From positions 119,424 through 183,423 of the forward strand of contig LCBT01000002.1 in the NCBI GenBank assembly GCA_000997385.1: a stretch of DNA of 64,000 bases. The letters are read 5' to 3'. The translations under genes and the position numbers were made by a program. Source of the stretch: Candidatus Daviesbacteria bacterium GW2011_GWA1_41_61 (lineage in GTDB: Bacteria; Patescibacteriota; Microgenomatia; Daviesbacterales; UBA10151). Shown here piece after piece: positions 9,987 to 19,992 of the stretch; position 1 is the stretch's first letter, and each line of letters starts with the position of its first letter. The notes beneath the pieces were generated by a model. It did not search any database and had not been told where the DNA came from. It worked only from the letters and a program-made list of their open reading frames with translations.

Positions 9987-10316
9987 ATGGGCAGAAAACC
10001 AAAAATACAAATCAACAATCCTGCCAAAGTTGCTGTTAAACCATTGGCAGGTTATGTTTTAGTAGAGCCTGCCCAGGTTCAAAGTACCACTGTCTCAGGA
10101 ATAATCTTGCCAGAATCTGCTCAAGAAAAACCGGCCATGGGAGTAGTGCTCTCAGTTGGTGCTGATCTGGTTTTGGAAAATGGCAAGACTCTTAGATCCC
10201 CGGTGAAGCCCGGGGACAAGGTTTTTTATAAAAAATGGGGCGGAGATGAAATCAAGGTTGACGGGAAAGAGTTAAAACTGGTTAAATTTGATGACCTGAT
10301 GGCAACAGTAGAATAA
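9987..10316 (+). CDS. groES: Co-chaperonin GroES
   Basis: VKPLAGYVLV, SGIILPESAQEKP, VKPGDKV. Confidence 0.95.
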   Translation: MGRKPKIQINNPAKVAVKPLAGYVLVEPAQVQSTTVSGIILPESAQEKPAMGVVLSVGADLVLENGKTLRSPVKPGDKVFYKKWGGDEIKVDGKELKLVKFDDLMATVE

Positions 10317-10326
10317 GGAAAAAAAG

Positions 10327-10689
10327 ATGACAGAAAGAATAATTACAGAAGCAGAGAGGGCAGTAGCAGAGTTACTGTTTGAAACCACTTTATTACTGCT
10401 TTCAGACAAACGCGATGCTATTGTGGAAAGATTAGGTTCCGATAGCAAGAAGTTGAAGGGAGGGCAAAGATTGATTTTGGCAAAACGGGTGAGAATATTA
10501 GATAGAGAGTGTGATCAATTTCTTTTTATGCTCGGTGAAACAAGGAAAGAAGGGAATGACTTTGCTAGAAGATTTGAAAGTATAGCAAAGGCTGAGGAAA
10601 TTAGAGAACAGGCCTTACTTTATATTCTTCAACCAAGTCAAGTCAAGGAAAATACAGCTGCAGAGCAAGTAGCAGGAGTTCAAACCTAA
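10327..10689 (+). CDS. Hypothetical protein between groES and groEL
   Basis: 120-aa helical ORF with AAGGA-like RBS. Confidence 0.65.
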   Translation: MTERIITEAERAVAELLFETTLLLLSDKRDAIVERLGSDSKKLKGGQRLILAKRVRILDRECDQFLFMLGETRKEGNDFARRFESIAKAEEIREQALLYILQPSQVKENTAAEQVAGVQT

Positions 10690-10699
10690 AGGAGAAAAG

Positions 10700-10975
10700 A
10701 TGACAGAAAATCTAGAAGGTGACATTTTAAAACAAATAGCAGTAGTAGGGAGTGCAGCTTCTATGGAGTTGAAAGAAGAGCAGGATGAGGTATATGAAGA
10801 GCTACGTAGGAATTTACGCATACAGTACTTGAGGGGTGTTATAGATACTACTGCTTACTTGTTAAAGTGTAGGGAAGGGGATGTGGCAATGATAGAAACG
10901 ATAGTCGGAAGGGGAAGATATCGGTATCGACGATCCAGAGAAATTGTTGATAGATATCCAGCTTTAGGAGAGTAA
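10700..10975 (+). CDS. Hypothetical protein between groES and groEL
   Basis: 91-aa ORF with AAGGAG RBS. Confidence 0.6.
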   Translation: MTENLEGDILKQIAVVGSAASMELKEEQDEVYEELRRNLRIQYLRGVIDTTAYLLKCREGDVAMIETIVGRGRYRYRRSREIVDRYPALGE

Positions 10976-10980
10976 TAAAA

Positions 10981-12621
10981 ATGGCTAAAATACTTAAATT
11001 TGATTCATCTGCACGGGAAGCCTTACTTAAAGGTATTAATACCTTGACTGAGGCTGTGGCTTCTACTTTGGGTCCCAAGGGAAGAAATGTGGCTATTGAT
11101 AAAAAGTGGGGAGCTCCCAGTGTGGTCCATGACGGGGTAACTGTAGCTAAAGAAATTGATCTGGAAGATCCTTTTGAGAATATGGGAGCCCAGCTGATTA
11201 AAGAGGCAGCTTCTAAAACCAATGATGTGGCAGGAGACGGGACTACCACCGCTACTATTTTAACCCAAGCTATTGTTTCGGAAGGCTTAAAAAATATCCA
11301 AGCTGGAGCTAACCCCATGATCCTAAGACATGGTATTGAAAAAGCTGTGGCTGTCTTAGTAGAGGAATTAAAGAAGATGAGTAAAAAGCTGACTACTCCA
11401 GAAGAATATACCCAAGTGGCCACTATCTCTGCTCAAAATGAAGAGATTGGCAAGATCATCTCTGAGGCTATCTCTAAAGTGGGTAAGGATGGAGTGATCA
11501 CTGTGGAGGAAGGGAAAACTTTGGAGATGAATGTGGAGTATAAAGAAGGAATGGAGTTTGATAAAGGTTATGCTTCCCCTTATTTTGTCACCGATACCGA
11601 TAAGATGGAGGCTACTATTGAAGATGCTTATATTTTGATTACTGACAAGAAGATCTCCAATATGCAGGAGCTCCTTCCCTTCCTGGAGAAATTCATCCAA
11701 GTTTCCAAAAATTTGGTAATTATTGCTGATGAAATAGAAGGGGAAGCTTTAACGACTTTGGTAGTCAATAAACTGCGAGGCATCTTTAATGTCTTAGCTG
11801 TTTCTGCTCCAGGATTTGGGGACCGAAGAAAAGCCCAGCTTTTAGACATTGCTATTTTAACCGGCGGGACAGTGATCTCCGAAGAAACCGGGAGGAAGTT
11901 TGAATCAGTTGAGGTGGAAGACTTAGGCAGGGCGGGGAGGGTGACTTCCACTAAAGATACGACCTTAATTGTGGATGGTAAGGGCAGTAAAGCTGGAATT
12001 GATTCCAGAATTTCCCAGATTAGACGTGAGCTAACAGCTACTGATTCCGAGTTTGATAAAGAAAAACTTCAGGAAAGGTTAGCCAAGTTAACCGGCGGGG
12101 TAGCAGTAATTAACGTTGGGGCAGCTACAGAAGTGGAGATGAAGGAGAAAAAGGAGAGGGTGATAGATGCTGTGGCAGCCACTAAAGCGGCGATTGAGGA
12201 AGGGATTGTCCCAGGAGGAGAGATAGCTTTAGTAAAAGCAGCAAGGTTGGCCCTTGATAACTTGAAGTTGGAAGACGAACAGCAGTTGGGGGTAAAGATT
12301 ATACAGAAAGCTTCTGAGGAACCACTAAGAAGGCTTGCAGTAAATGCTGGTCAAGATGGGGGTTGGGTGGTAAGAACAATTACAGACCAGTTTGAGGCTA
12401 AAGGAAGAAAGGATATGAACTTCGGATACAATGTTTTATTAAATGAGTTTGGTGACATGGTGGCCTGGGGTATAATTGATCCAGTTAAAGTAACCAGGTC
12501 AGCTTTACAAAATGGAGCTTCGGTAGCCATTATGGTCATGACAACTCAAGTGTTAATTACAGATAAGGTAGAACCCACCCCTCCTCCTCCGATGCCCCAC
12601 GGCGGCATGGGAGAATACTAA
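10981..12621 (+). CDS. groEL: Chaperonin GroEL
   Basis: [30 protein letters not shown] tail. Confidence 0.98.
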   Translation: MAKILKFDSSAREALLKGINTLTEAVASTLGPKGRNVAIDKKWGAPSVVHDGVTVAKEIDLEDPFENMGAQLIKEAASKTNDVAGDGTTTATILTQAIVSEGLKNIQAGANPMILRHGIEKAVAVLVEELKKMSKKLTTPEEYTQVATISAQNEEIGKIISEAISKVGKDGVITVEEGKTLEMNVEYKEGMEFDKGYASPYFVTDTDKMEATIEDAYILITDKKISNMQELLPFLEKFIQVSKNLVIIADEIEGEALTTLVVNKLRGIFNVLAVSAPGFGDRRKAQLLDIAILTGGTVISEETGRKFESVEVEDLGRAGRVTSTKDTTLIVDGKGSKAGIDSRISQIRRELTATDSEFDKEKLQERLAKLTGGVAVINVGAATEVEMKEKKERVIDAVAATKAAIEEGIVPGGEIALVKAARLALDNLKLEDEQQLGVKIIQKASEEPLRRLAVNAGQDGGWVVRTITDQFEAKGRKDMNFGYNVLLNEFGDMVAWGIIDPVKVTRSALQNGASVAIMVMTTQVLITDKVEPTPPPPMPHGGMGEY

Positions 12622-12664
12622 AAATTAGGTAAAAAGGATATACAGAATGTAGTATCATTTATTT

Positions 12665-13258
12665 ATGGGGAAACTGCATTACCGGGAGGCTCCTTCGGAA
12701 AAAGAGAAAAAATCTTTTGCTAAATTCTTGGCAGAAGATGAAGAGCTAGTATTGGCTACCGGTTTAGGCAAAGCATACCTGCGATCTCAATTTATTATTG
12801 CCATAGCTTTACCGGGAATAATCTTTATCCTAGCCGGTTTAGGATTTGCTTATCTTTTGAAGCTGGAACTGGTTTGGGGATTAGTTCTGGGCTTGTTGGG
12901 AGACTGCTCTTTAGCTACTTTAAAAACTTTGCACCTTTACCATGCCAACCGTTATATCTTAACTACCAGACGGGTTTTGGTAAAAAAGGGTGTTTTTACA
13001 GTCCAACTTCATTCAGCTTTGTATGATAAGATCACCCATATTGAAGTGGACCAGCCGTTTTTTGACAAGATCTTAATGCACTATGGAACAATTGTTATCG
13101 ACACTGCCGGGATGAATAAAGTAGAGATTATTTTAAAGTATATAGATTACCCCATTGAATTTAAAAATCTACTGGAAAGGTTAATTAATAGGGAAAGGGA
13201 ACAATATGGTTACCGCGGTGGACCTATTGTGACAGTAGAAGGCGAGGTAGTGGATTAA
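12665..13258 (+). CDS. Membrane protein with bacterial PH domain (bPH_2-like)
   Basis: Two TM helices then YILTTRRV..KKG, YGTIVIDTAG. Confidence 0.75.
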   Translation: MGKLHYREAPSEKEKKSFAKFLAEDEELVLATGLGKAYLRSQFIIAIALPGIIFILAGLGFAYLLKLELVWGLVLGLLGDCSLATLKTLHLYHANRYILTTRRVLVKKGVFTVQLHSALYDKITHIEVDQPFFDKILMHYGTIVIDTAGMNKVEIILKYIDYPIEFKNLLERLINREREQYGYRGGPIVTVEGEVVD

Positions 13259-14045
13259 CTGCTGATGCTTCTTTGGTGTTAAATCCCAACTGAGTCATTC
13301 CTACCAAGGGAAGCTTGGGGCTGGAAGTGGGTGAAAGTGCTACTTTACCAGATTTAGATCTTTGAATTTCTGTTTTAGAGATGGGAAAAGGCTGACTTTT
13401 TCCTTGAGGGGCATCTCCGGCAGTTTTAGGCCAATTCGGGACAGCGGGGAGCAAAGTTAAAGGATCAGTAGACCGGCCGTTTTGGCTAATTTCCAAGTGA
13501 GTGTGGGGACCGCTGGTATTTCCAGTCATGCCTACTTCCCCCAAAGTAGAAGAGGTTAAGACTAAATCATTATTTTTGACAAAGATTCTTCCCATATGCC
13601 CATAGGTAGTTTTATACTCTTGCTCGTGTTCTACCACTACATAGTGGCCCAGCCCCCAGTAGCTGTAAACGACCTCCACTACCTTCCCATTATTTACTGG
13701 ATGAATAGGCATGCCGTAGCCAGTGGCAATATCCACTCCGGGGTGCCAGGAAGAGAACCGCTGGGTTAAGTATCCAGGATGGGGTAGTTGAAAGGGTTGA
13801 GATAAACTGTCAGAGCTGATATCTTGCTGTTGAGAAAATTCCGCCAAAACTACAGCCTTTTTAATAGGTGGAATAGCTAAAACTGGTTGGTACCCTGCCA
13901 TGTACAGCAGTACAACCATCCCCAAGGTGAGTTTTGTGAACTTGGAGAAGGCAGAGATTTGAATATTGATTTTAACTGGCTTCTTTAGGGCATTGCCAGC
14001 CCTTGTCTTTTTGGACCAGGGATTGTGATGTCCTGATGACCACAT
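13224..14045 (-). CDS. M23 family metallopeptidase
   Basis: HPGVD, YGHM, TGNTSGPHTHLE. Confidence 0.9.
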   Translation of the reverse strand: MWSSGHHNPWSKKTRAGNALKKPVKINIQISAFSKFTKLTLGMVVLLYMAGYQPVLAIPPIKKAVVLAEFSQQQDISSDSLSQPFQLPHPGYLTQRFSSWHPGVDIATGYGMPIHPVNNGKVVEVVYSYWGLGHYVVVEHEQEYKTTYGHMGRIFVKNNDLVLTSSTLGEVGMTGNTSGPHTHLEISQNGRSTDPLTLLPAVPNWPKTAGDAPQGKSQPFPISKTEIQRSKSGKVALSPTSSPKLPLVGMTQLGFNTKEASAVNPLPRLLLSQ

Positions 14046-14122
14046 AAAACCCGCCTATTGGGCGGGACAAGTGTCAAGTATAGCAGAGTTAAAACAAGAA
14101 AGCAAATTTAGTATAATAAATT

Positions 14123-14926
14123 TTGCCCATGAAAAAAGCCGTTGTTGTTACTTTGGTTATTTTGAGTCTGAGTTTAATTGGCCTGCGTTTGGCTTCTCAA
14201 CCTCTGCTTTCTGCCTTAGGTTACCAACAAAAAGCTGGGATCAGAGTAACCTCTGTTCCTTCCTCCACAGTCTTTTTAAATGGGGCTGAGGTAGGGCAAA
14301 CTTTATACCTTAATGAGGCTTTAAAGGCTGGAACATATCAGGTTCAACTTCAGGCAGAGAAGGGGTCTTGGCAGGGGATAGTGGAACTTACAGAAGGGAA
14401 AGTTACTTTAATCAACAGAGAGTTAGAGGAGACAGCAGCTTCTTCTTCAGGGGAGGTCTTAGTTTTAAATGAAGGCCAAGGGGTAGTCATTATTTCCAAT
14501 CCTTCCGGGACGCAGGTGGAGATTGATGGGCAGTTGTCTGGTAAAACTCCCTTATCAGTTTATGAGCTAGCTGCGGGAGACCATACCTTTTTGTTAAGCC
14601 ATGAGGGTTTCCTAAAAAGAAGCATTAGGGCCAAACTACCGGAAGAGATGTCCCTGCACTTAAACGTGGACCTGGCTTTATCGGAGCTGGATTTAGGCAC
14701 CTTTAAAGCCCCTACCGTAACTTCTTCTGCTACTCTCATAGTTAAAGAGACTCCCTTAGGTTTTTTAAGGGTTAGGGATAAGCCTTCCATCTCCGGCAAA
14801 GAGATGACTCAGGTAAAACCAGGGGATAGTCTAATAATGTTAGAAGAGCAGTCTTTTTGGTATAAAGTCAGACTGGCTGATGGTAGTGAAGGTTATGTTT
14901 CATCAAGTTATGTGGAAAAACGGTAA
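14123..14926 (+). CDS. PEGA repeat plus SH3b domain protein
   Basis: SVPSSTVFLNG and SNPSGTQVEIDG..GKTP; LRVRDKPS...WYKV..GYVSSSY. Confidence 0.8.
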   Translation: MPMKKAVVVTLVILSLSLIGLRLASQPLLSALGYQQKAGIRVTSVPSSTVFLNGAEVGQTLYLNEALKAGTYQVQLQAEKGSWQGIVELTEGKVTLINRELEETAASSSGEVLVLNEGQGVVIISNPSGTQVEIDGQLSGKTPLSVYELAAGDHTFLLSHEGFLKRSIRAKLPEEMSLHLNVDLALSELDLGTFKAPTVTSSATLIVKETPLGFLRVRDKPSISGKEMTQVKPGDSLIMLEEQSFWYKVRLADGSEGYVSSSYVEKR

Positions 14927-14929
14927 AAT

Positions 14930-15883
14930 TTATCCTCCCAGGTAGTAGTTAATAAAGATGACCATCACCAGCCACAAAACTACCGAGGCTAAAAGAGGAG
15001 TATCGGTGAGCAATACCTTCTCCGGAGATTCCCCCTCCCTTTTTTCATAAATAGCATAAAGGTATCTCATTACCCCATAGATTACCACCGGCACTGTCAT
15101 CATCATATATTTGGCTTCCCCTAACTCTGTAAAAGGTAGCCCAAAGGAAAGAGAACTATCACCCAAAAACTCTAAGACATTTGGGTTGATAGAGATTAAG
15201 GGTTGTTGAAAAGCAAAGAGAGCATAAGTTAGCCAGGCTGAGGTGGCAAACATAGTGGTTAGAGTGTCCAGTAAAGCCGGGGGATAATGAAGCAGTGTCT
15301 CCCGGTGTTGTTCAGCCCCCTTTTCCATCAAAGTCCGCTCAGACCGTCTTTTTCCAATAGCTAAAAAGAGGGCAAAGGAGATGACGGAAAGTAAAAACCA
15401 AACACTTAGGTGGGCATCAACGGCCCAAATACCGGCGTAAACCCGCAGGATAAAGCCAGTGGCGATGACAATGACATCCAGTAAAATAATCGATTTAAGG
15501 TAGGCAGAATAAAGGAGCTGTAACATTAGATAGGCTACGGCGGCATAAAAAAAAGGCGGCGAGAGGTGATAGGCAAAAGGTAAAAGAGTGATAATTAAAG
15601 CTAGGGCGAAAACCGTAGCCAGCGGAGCTGGAAAGATCCCTGAGGCAATGGGGCGCAATTTTTTAAAAGGGTGTTTTTGATCTCTTTTAATGTCAAAAAC
15701 ATCATTTAAAAAATAAGTGGCAGCGGTCAGTCCAGAGAAGATGATAAAAGCCTGGCTAATCAGCCAAAATGATTGAGGGTTGTTTAACTGGCCGGAAAAA
15801 ACCAACCCGGCAAAGAGGGCAAAATTTTTTATCCATTGTTTGGGCCGTGCGGCTTTGATAACCCCCCAAGCGAGTTTAACCAT
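14930..15883 (-). CDS. UbiA family prenyltransferase (decaprenyl-phosphate phosphoribosyltransferase-like)
   Basis: RPKQWIKN, YFLNDVFDIKRD..HPFKKLRPIASG; start moved to ATG 15883. Confidence 0.9.
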   Translation of the reverse strand: MVKLAWGVIKAARPKQWIKNFALFAGLVFSGQLNNPQSFWLISQAFIIFSGLTAATYFLNDVFDIKRDQKHPFKKLRPIASGIFPAPLATVFALALIITLLPFAYHLSPPFFYAAVAYLMLQLLYSAYLKSIILLDVIVIATGFILRVYAGIWAVDAHLSVWFLLSVISFALFLAIGKRRSERTLMEKGAEQHRETLLHYPPALLDTLTTMFATSAWLTYALFAFQQPLISINPNVLEFLGDSSLSFGLPFTELGEAKYMMMTVPVVIYGVMRYLYAIYEKREGESPEKVLLTDTPLLASVVLWLVMVIFINYYLGG

Positions 15884-16947
15884 ATGATAAAGCCTAAAAA
15901 GATGGCAGCTACACTGATAATAACAAAAAATTTGCTCTCGGTGCTTACTAATAAGGCTACCATGCCAAACATAGCAGATCCAAATATATAAAACAAGCTG
16001 ATTTTCTGATGGGACCACCCCAGATCCAGTAACCGATGATGAAGATGTCCCCGGTCATTCCACACCGGAGAGCGCCCGGAAAGAATTCGCCGGAAAAAGG
16101 TATAAACAAAGTCAGCCATGGGAACAGCCAGGACTAAGATAGCAGTGGCTACTTTGGCAGTAGAGAGGATAGAAAGAGTCGCCAGCATAAAGGCTAAGAT
16201 GGTAGAGCCGGAAAAAGCGGGCATAATTTTAGAAGGATACCAATTAAAGATCAAAAATCCGGCTGAAGTTCCAGCTACTAAAAAGGCTAGTTTGGCATTA
16301 TTAAGCTGACTGCTATCCCCTTGAAAGTAAAACTTTAAAGAGATCAGACCTAAAACTAGGGCGGCCACTAAAGTAATCCCCGGCATTTGCCCATCCACGC
16401 CTTTGGACCAGTTGATTACTTGGGTTAAGGTAACGATCCACAATATAGCAAAGATATCGGCCAGGAGAATAATCTGGTGAGGACCAAGCATTTCAAAAGA
16501 CAGAACAATCTGGTCCAGTCTTAAAAGAGAATCGTTGAAAGGTGGCGGCAGAAAGGGGAGTCCCAAAAAGGGGTTGTTGATAAAAGGCACGCCGATCCCG
16601 GAGCCCACGGCGATGAGGGCAGCCAAAAAAAGCAAGGTCAACCGTTTGTAAGGATTAAATTCTTTTAATTTATCATCTAAAAGGCCCATGATTAAAAGAA
16701 GGGTGATGCCGGCTAAAATTCCTACCAGTTTTTGGTCTAGAGGCAGAAAGATTAAACTGGTGGCAAGGATGGCTATATAGATAGCCATCCCTCCGGCCCG
16801 GGGAATAACTCTTCGTTGAACGTGGGCGGGATGGGGGCGGGTGCTGGGGTCATCTACCAAGCCATATTTTTTGGCTAGTTTAATAACTATAGGAGTGGAC
16901 AGGATGGTAACTATAAAAGAGGTGATGGTTGGTAAAATTAAATCCAT
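15829..16947 (-). CDS. WecA/TagO/MraY-family polyprenyl-phosphate HexNAc-1-P transferase
   Basis: PRAGG, GLLDD, GVDG, DRGHLHHRL; multi-TM. Confidence 0.9.
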   Translation of the reverse strand: MDLILPTITSFIVTILSTPIVIKLAKKYGLVDDPSTRPHPAHVQRRVIPRAGGMAIYIAILATSLIFLPLDQKLVGILAGITLLLIMGLLDDKLKEFNPYKRLTLLFLAALIAVGSGIGVPFINNPFLGLPFLPPPFNDSLLRLDQIVLSFEMLGPHQIILLADIFAILWIVTLTQVINWSKGVDGQMPGITLVAALVLGLISLKFYFQGDSSQLNNAKLAFLVAGTSAGFLIFNWYPSKIMPAFSGSTILAFMLATLSILSTAKVATAILVLAVPMADFVYTFFRRILSGRSPVWNDRGHLHHRLLDLGWSHQKISLFYIFGSAMFGMVALLVSTESKFFVIISVAAIFLGFIIWLNSLGGLSKPHGPNNG

Positions 16948-16952
16948 AGTTT

Positions 16953-17312
16953 CTAAACAAAGATAAACATAATTTTAATGGCGGTAATTAAGATAGCTAA
17001 GGCTAAAAAGATGGAGTGGAAGATAATAAGCCTTTTTAGGACTATCTGCAGGGGATGAAGATGGGAAGCAATGAGGATATTGATTAAGGTCAGCAAAGCC
17101 AAGATGGAGGGGAGGATTAAAAATTGTTGCCGAGTTATCAATTGGGTTTGTCCCCAGGATAAGGAATAAAAAAGGGGCAGTTTGGACGGCAGATAGTTGT
17201 AAAGCACTAAATATGTCCCCATTATCAAGATAATAGCTACGGTCGAGGTAAAGATTGCCAGCAGCGCTAGCTGGTCTGCTTGGTTTAAAAAACGTAAAAC
17301 CTTGTTGATCAT
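16953..17312 (-). CDS. Small membrane protein (DUF1648-like)
   Basis: 3 TM helices, LPSKLPLFYS..WG. Confidence 0.6.
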   Translation of the reverse strand: MINKVLRFLNQADQLALLAIFTSTVAIILIMGTYLVLYNYLPSKLPLFYSLSWGQTQLITRQQFLILPSILALLTLINILIASHLHPLQIVLKRLIIFHSIFLALAILITAIKIMFIFV

Positions 17313-19108
17313 TCTTTTAATCGGGCTTTATTGGTGGTGCGGTATTCCAAATATTTGCCTAACATCAGCCTGGTTTGGGCATCAATGGCCGGGATAGAGG
17401 TGATGGTAACTAAGATGATGGGAATTAAAGCCCATTGGATGTAAGACCAGATCCTCTGCAACAGGGACCACTTAGCAGGACGGGGGGGAGCGGTCTTTTC
17501 ATGAACAAAAATAGTCATAAAAAGACCAATAAAGGCTCCGGTTAAGATCCAAGAGGAGATAACCGGCAACTTGTAAGCGACCACTGATTGTGAATAATTG
17601 GGGTTAATTAAAGGTATAAAAAGCCCGGCAAAGGTCACAAATAAAGCCAGCGTTCCCCACTTAAAATAGCTCCAGAGAATAAATAACAGCTTGTCTGTTT
17701 TATCCCAAAAATCCAGTTCTTTGCTGGTAAAATACTTCCTGATGATATAGGGAACATGTTCTACTCCATAGGACCACCTTTTAAGCTGTAGATATTGGTT
17801 TTCAAAAGTTTTTAAAAGGTTGACATCCAAGACTGTATCTGCTGAGATCGGCATATAATGGGGGATAACTTTGTAATCGCCTTTAAAATGATAGTAAGCT
17901 TTCCAGTAAAAACCGGAGTCGTCGTTGACTTTATCCGGGATCCACAGCCCAATATCTAAAAGTGATTTCATATTCATGGAGAGGGAGGAAAAATTAATAT
18001 ATTTATCGCTTCCCACCATCTCTGCCAGTTGCCAGAAAGCTGTGCCGGTTGAGACCAACCTCATTGGAGCGGGACACTGCCAGTAGTTGTTATGGTACAA
18101 AAAGGCTCCGGTAAAAGAACGCTTATAACGAATCTGGGATGGAGTGGAGAGATATTTATGTAAAGCTCCGGCTAAAAATTGGGGATGGATCACAAAGTCG
18201 GCATCTAAAGTTGTTACTAAAACCTGCTCCGGCTTAAGACCTCTTTTGGCAAATTCTTTGACGGCGTTGTTTAAAATCCAGTTACGATTAGTGGCAGGGC
18301 CGGGGATTTCTCCCGGCAGACCAAAAGGATGAATAGTCAAAAAAATGCCACCAATTTTTTCTTGATTCTGTTTAACGTACTCCGCTACTTGGGCGTTTTT
18401 TTCCGGGGAGTCTCTTTCTTCTAAGCCGATGCCAAAGAAAATTTTTTGAGATGGATAATGGGAATTGATAATTGCCTCAAAGGCCGGTTTTAAAACTTCC
18501 ATCGGTTCTTTATAGGTATGGATCTCTACAAAGTGATAATAGCTTTTCCACTCTTTAGGGAAATCTGTCTGGAGTTTACTTAGCCAGTTTTGTTTTTTGA
18601 CGTATTCCATTTTTTTATAGCCAATATAGGTCAAAACTGCAATTCTTATTGCAGTGGCCAACCAGTAAATATCAGCCAGCAAGATGAGGTAGGCAATAGC
18701 GAAGGGCAGGGTAAAGGAAAGCCAGATGGGAGAGGTTAAAGCCAGCCACATTAAAGCCCCAGGGAGGATCTCTAAAAACCTTTCTACTTGATGGTCATGT
18801 TTTTGAATAAACCGTTGTTCCCATTTTTGGGAGATCAGGAAACTTTCGGAAAGCAGATGATAGATCAATATTCCTGTCCCAGAACCTAAAAGACAGGTGG
18901 AAAGCAAGATATCTAAAGGAGTTCCCATCACTGATTTGCCTATAAAAAAAACTGCCACCCCTGCAAGCAGTAAGATAACTCCCAAAAGGCTGATGGTAAA
19001 ACGGACCAGCTGGCTGATCTTTTTAGAACCTTTAACTAATCTGCTTAAGCCAGCAGACAAGAAGAAAAAAAGGATTAAACTGAAAACAAAAATTGCAATA
19101 ATCCGCAT
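17309..19108 (-). CDS. Membrane GT2 family glycosyltransferase
   Basis: TTLDAD, NDD, QLKRW processive-type motifs; flanking TMs. Confidence 0.85.
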   Translation of the reverse strand: MRIIAIFVFSLILFFFLSAGLSRLVKGSKKISQLVRFTISLLGVILLLAGVAVFFIGKSVMGTPLDILLSTCLLGSGTGILIYHLLSESFLISQKWEQRFIQKHDHQVERFLEILPGALMWLALTSPIWLSFTLPFAIAYLILLADIYWLATAIRIAVLTYIGYKKMEYVKKQNWLSKLQTDFPKEWKSYYHFVEIHTYKEPMEVLKPAFEAIINSHYPSQKIFFGIGLEERDSPEKNAQVAEYVKQNQEKIGGIFLTIHPFGLPGEIPGPATNRNWILNNAVKEFAKRGLKPEQVLVTTLDADFVIHPQFLAGALHKYLSTPSQIRYKRSFTGAFLYHNNYWQCPAPMRLVSTGTAFWQLAEMVGSDKYINFSSLSMNMKSLLDIGLWIPDKVNDDSGFYWKAYYHFKGDYKVIPHYMPISADTVLDVNLLKTFENQYLQLKRWSYGVEHVPYIIRKYFTSKELDFWDKTDKLLFILWSYFKWGTLALFVTFAGLFIPLINPNYSQSVVAYKLPVISSWILTGAFIGLFMTIFVHEKTAPPRPAKWSLLQRIWSYIQWALIPIILVTITSIPAIDAQTRLMLGKYLEYRTTNKARLKE

Positions 19109-19163
19109 AGGCTAGATCTAGATGTAATTACTAAAGTAATTATACTGTAAAATCCTACTTATG

Positions 19164-19991
19164 TCAGTTTGAAGGTAGGGCAAATAGCTGGGTAGCGTTT
19201 TTGAAAACTTGGTGGGAAACTTCTCCCTCGCTCAAGTTTTTTACTTGGGCAATTACTTTTATTACCTCTAAAATATTAGCTGGTTCATTTCGCTGTCCTC
19301 TTTGAGATTGAGGAGGAAGGAAGGGGCAATCTGTTTCGGTTAAGATTTTATCTAAAGGGGTAGTTTTGATAATTTCTCTTAAGGCATCATTTTTAGGGTA
19401 AGTAATTGGACAGGAAAATCCTAGATAATAGCCCAGACTTAAAGCTTTATGAGCATCTTCTGATGATCCTGTAAAGCTATGAAAAACTCCTTGAGTTCCC
19501 TCAAGCTCAGGTAAGAATATATCCTGCCAACAGTCTCTGCAGTGAATAATTAAAGGCAGGCTCAGCTTTTTAGCCAGGTTGATTTGGCCTAAAAATAGCT
19601 CTTTTTGCAGCTTAATCAATGTTTCTTGAGATAGGGTAGAGGGGGTAAAATCTGCCCCGGCAAAATAATAATCTAAACCACATTCACCTAAAGCTACCAC
19701 TTTGTCTGCGTAGTTTTGGTAAATTGTCTCTAATCTATTTATGTTGTCATATATGGATTCATAGTTAGATAATTTAGAAGTTTCATGGGGATGAAGGCCA
19801 ATGGTGGAATAAAAAGAAATTTGACTAGTAGGGCTTTTTAACTGGGCTGCTTTTAAGCTGCTTTCTAAATCAGCCCCAATATTAATGATAGCTTTTAATC
19901 CGGTATCAGCAGCTTTTTGAACTACAGCCTCCAAGTCTGGCTCAAAGGAGTCCCAGGTTAAATGTGCATGAGTATCGATCAACATTAACAT
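19164..19991 (-). CDS. tatD: TatD family deoxyribonuclease
   Basis: DTHAH, GLHP, GECGLDY, IIHCR, FHSF, ETDCPFL. Confidence 0.92.
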   Translation of the reverse strand: MLMLIDTHAHLTWDSFEPDLEAVVQKAADTGLKAIINIGADLESSLKAAQLKSPTSQISFYSTIGLHPHETSKLSNYESIYDNINRLETIYQNYADKVVALGECGLDYYFAGADFTPSTLSQETLIKLQKELFLGQINLAKKLSLPLIIHCRDCWQDIFLPELEGTQGVFHSFTGSSEDAHKALSLGYYLGFSCPITYPKNDALREIIKTTPLDKILTETDCPFLPPQSQRGQRNEPANILEVIKVIAQVKNLSEGEVSHQVFKNATQLFALPSN

Positions 19992-19992
19992 A

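Noticed and set aside
10848-12539. Long antisense ORFs over groEL (also over dnaK, tsaD, hemerythrin and UPF0182)
   Set aside because: Shadow frames of strongly conserved genes with no motifs of their own
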